Assembly: GCA_951406725.2 (NCBI GenBank)
Contig: OX597814.1
Coordinates: 41,106,001-41,170,000, forward strand
DNA: 64,000 nucleotides
Direction: 5' to 3'
Source of the DNA: Octopus vulgaris
Lineage: Eukaryota
This document shows positions 55,032 through 64,000 of this stretch, in pieces (within the stretch, counting starts at the first letter, position 1; each line of letters begins with the position of its first letter). The notes under the pieces are model-generated. The model made no database searches and had not been told where the DNA came from. It worked only from the letters and a program-made list of their open reading frames with translations. The position numbers and the translations under genes are program-made.

Positions 55032-56272
55032 TTAGTTAGTTAGTTAGTTAATTTGGCTCAAAAGCAAATAGCAAGGCCATGTAGGGGGGCATGGAGTTAA
55101 GTACAGGGTGGTGTTCATGTAAAGAGTTCGGGCCACTTGAGGTCCAGGGAGGCTTTGAACAAAGCGGTCGTCGGCATCTTCACCATCTCGTCTGGCAGCG
55201 TGTTCCACGGATCCGCAACCCGGACGGAGAAAGCTCTTCTCCTTCGATTGAGATGAAATCGTCGCAGGTAGAGCTTTTCGGAATGACCCCGCAGCCGACG
55301 CTCTGGAGCAGGAGTGAAGAACAGCTCTTTCGAGAGGTTACAATTTACGTTTATGATGTTGTGGTTGAGAATGAGATCACCACGGCGGCGGCGTTTTTCA
55401 AGAGAATAAAGGTCGAGCGTCCTCAGCCTTTCTTCGTAGGACAAATTTTTGAGACCATGAACCATGCGGGTAGCCAGCTTCTGGACTCTTTCGAGATGCT
55501 GTATGTCTTTAAGGAGATAAGGAGAAGAGGCTTGAATCCCATACTCCAATATGGGACTCACCAGCGTGACATAGAGTGGTAGGAATATGTCTGCTGTGAG
55601 CATTCCGAATGACCGTCGAATCAAGAACAGAATTCCGCGTGCTTTGTTGGCAGCATGGACGCACTGGGCCGAAGGCGAAAAGGAGGAATCCACCAAGATA
55701 CCCATGTCCTTTACCTGATCGGTCCTCTCCAGCAGCAGACGACCCGGCTCGAAATCAAGTTGAGTTGCAGGAGTAGAGCCGACAGGCAGATGACATCACT
55801 TTGACACGTTCAGACACAGGTCCCAATCGTTAGACCACTTCCAAATTTGGTGGAGGCATCGACGAAGATCGTCTATATTACCGCGAGGAGCGACCAGTTT
55901 GATATCGTCGGCAAATAGAAGGGTGTGTTGCGTGATGTCGTCGGGCAAGTCATTTATGAAGACTAAGAACAACAAGGGCCCAAGCACTGAACCTTGAGGC
56001 ACGCCACTGCTCGCACTGGAGACATCGGACTGCGAACCATTAACTTGGACTTGGAAGGAGCGATCTGAGAGGAAGGCACCAACCCATCGTTCAATATCCG
56101 GATGGAAACTATATGCTTGAAGCTTGACAAGTAATAGGCGGTGGTTTACCGAGTCAAAAGCTTTGGCAAAGTTCAATAAAACGATGTCAACAGCATCACT
56201 ATCATCGAGGATGCGCGTCACCAATTCTTCCATTACTAGTAAGTTGGTCAAGCATGATCTCTTCGGCACGAA
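55032..56272 (-). mobile_element. 5'-truncated CR1-type LINE (reverse transcriptase 3' half)
   Basis: RSCLTNLL...VDIVLLNFAKAFDSVNH...SGVPQGSVLGPLLFLVFINDLP...LLFADDIKL; LERVQKLATRMVHGLKNLSYEERL..LDLYSLEKRRRRGDLI...FSVRVADPWNTLP. It has a (TAAC)n tail and is flanked by (GATA)n. Confidence 0.95.
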
Positions 56273-56281
56273 GAGATAGAT

Positions 56282-56355
<74 letters not shown>

Positions 56356-56504
56356 ACAATTTATAAGAAAGGGCAAAAGATACAAATTCTAATGCCAAAA
56401 TATGCCGAAAATGGACAATACGTCAATAATCATGTAATATATCACTACAAGCACGTATTTCATAGAAAGCCGACAGAAATTTCTAAAAAATTCCGTTATT
56501 ACCA

Positions 56505-56558
56505 TATCGGACCCAATTTCGGAGTTAGTTCATAAGAACCTTTTCTTCATCAGTGATA
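56505..56558 (-). ncRNA. Hammerhead-like motif
   Basis: Minus strand reads UAUCA-CUGAUGA-AGAAAAG-GUUC-UUAU-GAAC-UAACUCC-GAAA-UUGGG-UC-CGAUA. The core strings and GUC site are canonical, but the stems are partly eroded. Confidence 0.5.
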
Positions 56559-57299
56559 AATGCGGTAAAGAAATAAGTGAAATACTTACTCATACCCGTG
56601 GAAGAAGCGAGCACTTAGCCACGAGCACAATTAAGTACCCCAAATATATCCAAAATAGAAATTCTTTAGCACACCTCGAGAGACGTGCGATTCGTACCGA
56701 AATCGCCTAGATTACTCTTTTTGCATTCTGAGCTCGAATCTCGCCTTCGTTCATGTTAACTCGTCTCTCATACTTTGCAGATTTACAATGTACCCAATCA
56801 ATTTGTAAGCTGAGTCACAGATACAACACTGACTATAATGAAAATTATGGAAAATGTGTGACTGTGTCGTAAGAAGCATGCTTTGCAATCGCATAAATAA
56901 CAGTTCCATGCAATTGCGTGGCATCTGGGACTAACATTTTCGACTACAACCTTGGGCCGACTAAATCATTCGGGAGTGAATTTTGTAAATGGAAACTGAA
57001 AGAAGTTCACTGTATATATCTATTTGTGTTATTTATATGTGTATGTTTGCTTCTGTGCATGCTTTTATCCTCGTAACTCCATTTGAGAACCGGTACTTGT
57101 GTGTGTATCTCCAAATAACTTAACGGTTCGGAAAAAGAGTCCGATGGAATAAGGACCAAGTGTTAAAAGCTGTTAGTCAAACATTTAACAAACTGTTCTT
57201 CAATGTGGTGATCCAGAATGACCACAGTTTAATAACAAACATAAATGCGAAGCACAAATAATGTGCGTACCTGAATATATATATATATATATATATATT

Positions 57300-57384
<85 letters not shown>

Positions 57385-57446
57385 TACTCTGTTACTTGTT
57401 TCAGTCATTTGACTGAGGCCAAGCTGGAGCACCGCTAGTTAATCCA

Positions 57447-58110
57447 TAATGGAAAGTAACATAAGTAACTGCAGAATAATCGTAGATGGTCAAGAAACAA
57501 TAAATCATATTATCTCTGGCTGCCCAGTCCTGGCTAAGAAGGAGTTGGGACCTACATACACTGGAAGCTATGCCAACATTATGGAATAACAACAGAAATT
57601 AGATGGTATAGGCACACGCCAGAAAAGGTCAAAGAAAACGAGAAAGCAACCGTACTCTGAAATATGCCAATACAAACAGATAAATTAAGGCCAAATATGT
57701 CAGATATAGTTGTCAGAGATCATGAAGAATAAAACAGCTAATTGGTGTATCAATACCAGCAGATGAAAACGTGTCTCTAAAAGAAATGGCAAAACTTTCA
57801 AAATACAAAGACCTGGACATAACGGTAACTCGAATGAGGTATCTAAAAACAGAAACAATTTCTACGGTAGTAGGCACATTAAGTATGATAAAAAAATATT
57901 CAGACAAATACATAACAAAACCAACAGGATTTACAAATATATATAACATACAGAAAATTGCACTACTTGGCGCTGCACACATCCTACGAAAAACATTTTC
58001 AGTACCGTAACCAAAAGAACATCAAAACAAACCACCGCACATACACAAGGCACACAGAGCAGCGCTCGGTATTGAATTGAAAGCGCGCTATAAAAATAAA
58101 ACTACTGTAT
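57447..58110 (+). mobile_element. Dong/R4-clade non-LTR retrotransposon 3' fragment
   Basis: CRI...GQETINHIISGCPVLAKKE...HWKLCQHYGI...DIVV...VSIPADENVSLKEMAKLSKYKDL...VVGTL...IQKIALLGAAHILRK, ending in (TAA)n. Confidence 0.88.
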
Positions 58111-58122
58111 AATAATAATAAT

Positions 58123-58199
<77 letters not shown>

Positions 58200-58203
<4 letters not shown>

Positions 58204-58300
58204 CATCAGAGCATCACAACAAATCACAGCACATACCCAAGGCACACAGAGCTGCGCTCGGTAGTGAAGTGAAAGCACGCTATAAAAATAAAACTACTGA
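58200..58300 (+). mobile_element. Isolated 3' UTR of the same Dong/R4 element between (TAA)n tracts
   Basis: AACCATCAGAGCATCACAACAAATCACAGCACATACCCAAGGCACACAGAGCTGCGCTCGGTAGTGAAGTGAAAGCACGCTATAAAAATAAAACTACTGAATAA. Confidence 0.88.
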
Positions 58301-58404
58301 ATAATAATAATAATAATAATAATAATGATAATAACAATAATACAAATAATAATAATAATAATATTAATAATAATAATAATAACAATAATAATAAGAAGAA
58401 GAAG

Positions 58405-59292
58405 AAAAAAAGAAAAAGAAATAGAAGAAAACGCAACAAAATCTATAAAGCAAATGAAATCAAAAGTAAAACAAGAACGGCAACGGACCATGATAAAACG
58501 ATGGCAAGATAAGCCCCTTCATGGCAATAACTGGACTAATCTAAATGCAAAAGAAATAGACAAAGAAAAATCCCAGCAGGGGTTGAGAAGCTCAGGACTC
58601 AAAGCAGAGACAGAGGGATTTTTAATTGCAGCACAAGACCAAAGCCTCCTCACCAGAAATTACCAAATACATATAATGAAAAGAAACCTAACAAGTAAAT
58701 GCAGAATATGTGGAGATGGACAAGAAACAATAAATCACGTTAACTCTGGCTGCCCAGTCCTTGCTAAGAAGGAATATATTCTTAGACACGACAGAGTTGG
58801 GACCCACATACACTGGAAGCTATGCCAACATTACGGAATAACAACAGAAAATAGATGGTATAGGCACACACCAGGCCAACAGACCAGATATAGTTGTCAG
58901 AAATCATAAATAAAAAAAAATGCTTTCTAATTTATGTATCAATACCAGCAGATGACAACGTGTCTCTAAAAAGAAATGGAGAAGCTTTCAAAATAAAAAG
59001 ACCTGGAAATAGAGGTAACTAGAATGTGGAATATAAAAACAGAAGCAATTCCTATCATAGTAGGTGCATTAGGCATGATAGAAAATATTCAGACAAATAC
59101 ATAACAAAAACACCAGGACTTACAAACTCATATAACATAGGGATAATTGCACTATTAGGCACTGCACACATGCTACGCAGAACACTTTCCATACAATAAC
59201 CATCAGAGTATCACAACAATTCACAGCACATAACCAAGGCACAGAGAGCTGCGCTCAGTAGTGAAGAGAAAGCACGTTATAAAATAAAACTA

Positions 59293-59297
<5 letters not shown>
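58405..59297 (+). mobile_element. Dong/R4-clade non-LTR retrotransposon 3' fragment (CCHC finger plus REL endonuclease)
   Basis: WQDKPLHG...LRSSGLKAETEGFLIAAQDQSL.TRNY...CRICGDGQETINHVNSGCPVLAKKEYILRHDRVG..IHWKLC...NRPDIVV...IPIIVGALG, with (TAA)n on both sides. Confidence 0.92.
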
Positions 59298-59365
<68 letters not shown>

Positions 59366-59439
59366 GTAATAAAAATAATATAACAGATCGCGAATATAAA
59401 TAAACATGGAATAATCATACATGATTAATACGCAAGAAA

Positions 59440-60455
59440 AACACCCCTACAATAAAAACATAATGATTTCTATAAAACTACACTTAATAGCAATAATAAG
59501 TGGTTCCATTTGGTACAGAATCGCACAATAATATAGCGAAAGCATTTTCCTAAAGGTTGCCATTAATATAAAAGTTGTAATTTGCATTTAGTAAGAATAA
59601 CTATTTTCCAATTCAGTGAACATGGCACAAATAATAGCAGTGCAAAACGCGAAAAGATTAAATTACCTCTAAGAAAAGAGATGAACAATAACATGCATAT
59701 AGCCTAATAGAAACGAAACCCACTTTCTTAATGAAAATAAAGGTAATAAGGAAACAATGCAATGGAAGTAACTACGAAAAGCACTATACAAGCATCTGCA
59801 CCGGTTGACACCTATGCTAACATGAGCAATAGTGCAAAAGCAAATACTCACAGCAAAGATAGTAACCTAAGACATGGAAAAAGCGAAATTATTATTAATA
59901 ATAATAGAGATGTGAACAATAACTCAAATAATATTTTGGAAAGTGACTTTTAAATTATCGAAAATCAAAACAAGAAAACGGAGGGGAGGAATGTAAATTA
60001 GTCATTAAATGGAGCAAATATATAAATAATGACGAAGGAAATAATGAGTTACAAAACAGAGTTAGAGCTAAAAAAATGTGATTGCGCAACGAATTGATTA
60101 TGTCCCCTTGAATCTAAAAGCAAAATTATTGAAACGGTATACTGGTGTAAGGTAATCTCAGAAGGACAGGTATATGATTATGCCGGCGCTTGAAAATCAT
60201 ATATAAAAACAAGAATTGCTACTCATGAAAACTCATTTAGAGACAGCAAAAAGAATAATAATACTAGATCAAGCAAATTAATTTGGTCCATAAAAGCTAA
60301 TAATAAGTAATATGAAATTGCCTGAGAAATAATTATTAGAGGCCACCTATATAGTAGAAGAATCAAGCAGGGTGAATTTTGAGTTGAAGATATGTATGAA
60401 ATTCTTACATCAAAATCCAAATTAAAAAACCATAGACACGAGAGCACGTGACGAT
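59440..60455 (+). mobile_element. Penelope-like GIY-YIG remnant (same type as 12330-13240)
   Basis: KHFPKG near 59540. From 60077 one frame reads CDCATN*LCPLE...VYWCKV...YDYAGA*KSYIKTRIATHENSFR...SKLIWSIK...YEIA*EII...YSRR...F*VE. Confidence 0.75.
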
Positions 60456-61114
60456 AAGTTCATCACTCTAATCACACATTTAATCAATTTCAGTGATTGT
60501 ATGATACGTCAAACAAAATGTAGCATAGAAATCGTGCAAATAATAACAAGTAGAGTGGGTGATTGAATAAAAACTCCTAAATAAATAAACTTAATTATAA
60601 ATATCAAAGAACTGTTAGGGAATATAATTAACGATCTCCAATTTAATTTAATTATAGAAATTAGCAAATTTAATAATAGAATAACTTATTATTAACAATA
60701 ATATTTATGATAATAAGATTATTATAGGTAGCAGTAGTAGTAGAGAGAGAGATGATTAAAATAGTAAGAAACATAGCGTCAACATACACTAAGTAACCTG
60801 GTGCATAATATACTGCCATTCACCACTCTGAGTATAAAATACATTTGCCAACTACTGACACATTGTTGCATAGCTAGTACTTGTTTTTCTAATCAGCAGA
60901 TTTGAAAAGCTCAGCATCTAAGTTATTTTCCGAATACGTACTCTATGTGTATGAAATATTTATGTTGGACTGGTATTTATTTCAGATTGGATCTGAAATA
61001 CAGTTAGTAGCACCATGAAAAAGGGGCGAATACTACAAAAAAATCCCATCAGGATGCAAAATTGCGTAGTGTGCACTGAGGTGCAGCAGAATCATATGTA
61101 TGTGTAGAAGTGGA

Positions 61115-61183
<69 letters not shown>

Positions 61184-61211
61184 GAAAAAAGCAACAAGAA
61201 TTGATTAGTAG

Positions 61212-61300
61212 TTCAGTACAATTGTTTCATAAGAAGAACAGTTTTATTAAAGCTGCAAATATTGCAGCAAATACAAATGTCCCGTATTCATCAGCCAGAA
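61212..61300 (-). ncRNA. Type I hammerhead motif with extended stem II (homolog of 44998)
   Basis: Minus strand reads UGG-CUGAUGA-AUACGGGACA...GCUGCAA-UAU-UUGCAGC...UUAU-GAAA-CAAUUG-UA-CUG. The flanks also align with 44.9-45.1 kb. Confidence 0.75.
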
Positions 61301-61585
61301 CACATATGAGTTTTCCAAACATCCTAGGGAGTGAGGCTACCCTCATGATGTATCGAAGGGAGTTCTATGTAATTCAAAGTTAGATTGTAAGCACACTTAA
61401 AATGTTTTCTAATGATGCACAGTTTTATAAAAAGTTTTTAAATGATTGTTAACTTCTCAAAGAAGGTAAATCCATCCATAATAATGCAGATGTAATTTCC
61501 GGAGATATGAGGAAAGATGTTATTCACAGAGAGGGTGAATGTATCCATAATAATGCAGATGTAATTTCCTGATGTATGAGGAAAA

Positions 61586-61652
61586 GATGTTGAACACACA
61601 TCTTTACATTTCACAACTAAGTTGTGAAATGAATAGATGTGTGATCAACATC
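61586..61652. repeat. Near-perfect palindrome (~33 bp arms)
   Basis: GATGTTGAACACACATCTTTACATTTCACAACT-A-AGTTGTGAAATGAATAGATGTGTGATCAACATC. Confidence 0.92.
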
Positions 61653-61862
61653 ATTTATGCGATGGTGTCGAGGAGAACGATAGGCATCAGCTAGTGCTGA
61701 GTAAGTGCCATTGACAGACTATAGTTAAGCTCCAGGTTCGGTGATTATGCGAATGAGGAGTCCAGTGTAAATCATATATTAAGACGAGTATATATAAAAA
61801 AATAACAGAATGAGATAAAAATCCAAGGCTGTGAAATATTTCACAACATTTATAAAGAGATG

Positions 61863-61910
61863 GTCTTACAGCGGTTTCTGGGATATTTTATATATCCATT
61901 CATCGGAGAC
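61863..61910 (-). ncRNA. Type I hammerhead motif (homolog of 42462)
   Basis: Minus strand reads GUCU-CCGAUGA-A-uGGAUAU-AUAAA-AUAUCCc-A-GAAA-CCGCUG-UA-AGAC, with a perfect stem I. The flanks align with 42360-42560. Confidence 0.75.
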
Positions 61911-62786
61911 GGTATGAGAAGATATGACATAGAGATTAAAGTGGAGGAATGAAAACAGACGTGAGATATACAGGTATATTTTATCTGCAGTTCTATTATT
62001 TAAGCAGAATGGAATACAAATAAGTTACCTCTACCTTGTGTGTAAATACTATTACCGTCATCCGCGATAAGTACGCAATTGTCGCTGAATCTACTTGAGG
62101 AGTTCCTTATTGTAGGTTGTGTAGAAAACGCATAAGGAGAGGAAATAAAATACATGGAAAGCTTAATTGCCCAAAACGATCTTTTCGACACATGCTACGT
62201 CCATCCCTTGGGTTTGGAAAAATACACATCGTATTGTGGTGTAGAAGCGTCTCATGTGATGTAATAAGAGATGTCACCATAAATGAAGTCTGTTGTGATC
62301 AGATTTAATACAGCGTGTTGTTACTAACCGAGAATGTAATCCGTTCAATGATCGTCCACGATAAGTTGTATAATTTACCTGCTCAAAGAGATCGACGAAG
62401 GAAATGGCGAAACAATCTGTTTGAAGAGTGAAGTTACGTGTGTATTCCATTTTCCGTCTTTATCATATATTTTATACATACATACAGCTATATGTGTGTG
62501 TATGTATGTGTGTCTGTGTGCGTGTTTGTATCATATGTCAATTAACAATATCGGGACATAGAAGACATATCCTAGTTCACAAAAACGTCACATCAGAATC
62601 AGATTCGAAAGGGCAAAGATATAGAAGAAACCCTGTCAGCCGGTGGTCTTAAAAGTCATCTAATGGCTCATCAACGGAGTGATTGTAGAGTGCAATGGGA
62701 TGTGGTGTGTTTGTTGAAGGGCCGTCTGTTATTTCTCAAGATGAAGCAATCGTATATATAATATATATATAAATATATTTATTTTG

Positions 62787-62849
<63 letters not shown>

Positions 62850-64000
62850 GAAGTAGGCGAAACTATATGTCATTGGATAGTAATTCAATATACTTATTTT
62901 TCACTCTTACGAAAAATTTTTGTGACAGTTCACAAGCTTAATTAAGTAGCGCAAATTATTGCAGTGAAATATTTCAAACTACCTTGCAATATCTTAGTGA
63001 TAAGCAATAATTCTCAAAACTTAACGCTAAAACCAAAAGAAATAACATTCTTTAAAGAGACATTTATGCTGTAAAATCAGATATGGAGAGGATTAGGATC
63101 TCACATGAGGTACGGATATTTGAATTTGTCCGCATGTATAGGCGAACTCTTACATGGACCTGTTAGTCAAATGTGTGTTAGAAATGCAGTTTCCGGCATA
63201 TCACAATACCAAAGCAAATATGTTTCCTCCTTTGTTCTTTTGTAGATATGCTTAAATTAGGAATATTTCAAATGTATATATATATATATATCTTATGATA
63301 TGTACGTAAGGACAACAACGCCCCATTCTCTTTATTAATTCGCAGTGTACATTTCGACTATTTTAAAATTGACCGGCATGTGTCAAGTCCGGAATTGTTC
63401 ACATTAATATAAACAAAACAATGCAAATAAAAGCAATGTTTTAAAAATTGCCTCTCATTTCAGATTGTGGACCATTATTCATTAAAAAATAAAATAAAAG
63501 AAAATTAACTTTAATGTAACTGCTGATGAATTAATACTAGAATTCCTGTCAAATTTAAAACCTATTATTGAAAATATTCCCATTCTATATATGAAATATA
63601 TATATGAAGATTTGCAACAGATATTTCTATTTTCCCTGTGTAAGGATGCTTAGCTAGAACGGCTTAACATATTGGAAAATTTAGAAAAAAAAAGGGGTGA
63701 CTTAAAACACTTTTATTAGAAAAGGAAATCGCTTTGTAGAAGCAAATTAAAATTTCTTTCCAAAACAAGCAATATACTTCATTGATATTTAAATATCTGA
63801 GCAGTGTTTTGCTTTCTATTCAGGTTTAATTTGTTTTCTCTAATACGTTTGGGATTTTGTAGGTAACCCCAACATTTTTATCATTTTGGTTTCTTTTTCT
63901 ATCAAAATTTACTTTAATCTCTCATGAGCATTCTCCTGTTGTTGCTCAACAACACTATATAGGCAATACGATGGACTTGTAATGCATTATTTCCCAGTAG

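Noticed and set aside
55091-55582. 163 aa plus-strand ORF
   Set aside because: It is the antisense shadow of the CR1 reverse transcriptase ORF.
62530-62690. Zinc-finger-like peptides (SGHRRHILVH, GGLKSHLMAH)
   Set aside because: Frameshifted and lacking the Cys pairs. It may be a LINE 3' relic but is too weak to call.

Overview
This is AT-rich eukaryotic, repeat-dense DNA with very many (TA)n, (CA)n, (GATA)n, (TAA)n and triplet microsatellites. The SINE families and microsatellite load suggest an octopus genome (inference). I find no convincing intact host gene; most ORFs in the track are microsatellite or antisense artefacts. The window is a graveyard of mobile elements. It holds Tc1/Tc3/mariner transposons, Penelope-like elements (RT plus GIY-YIG), CR1/L2-type LINEs, Dong/R4-type and HERO/NeSL-like retrotransposon 3' ends, and several tRNA-derived SINE families. 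The most interesting signal is non-coding: about eight recognisable type-I minimal hammerhead ribozyme motifs plus decayed ones, in at least three families. They sit in short ORF-less elements that mostly abut (TA)n tracts. Several of these elements carry fold-back palindromes or inverted repeats, and three end in a shared C(C/A)CGTT-(AT)n terminus. Element boundaries are approximate and were read by eye.
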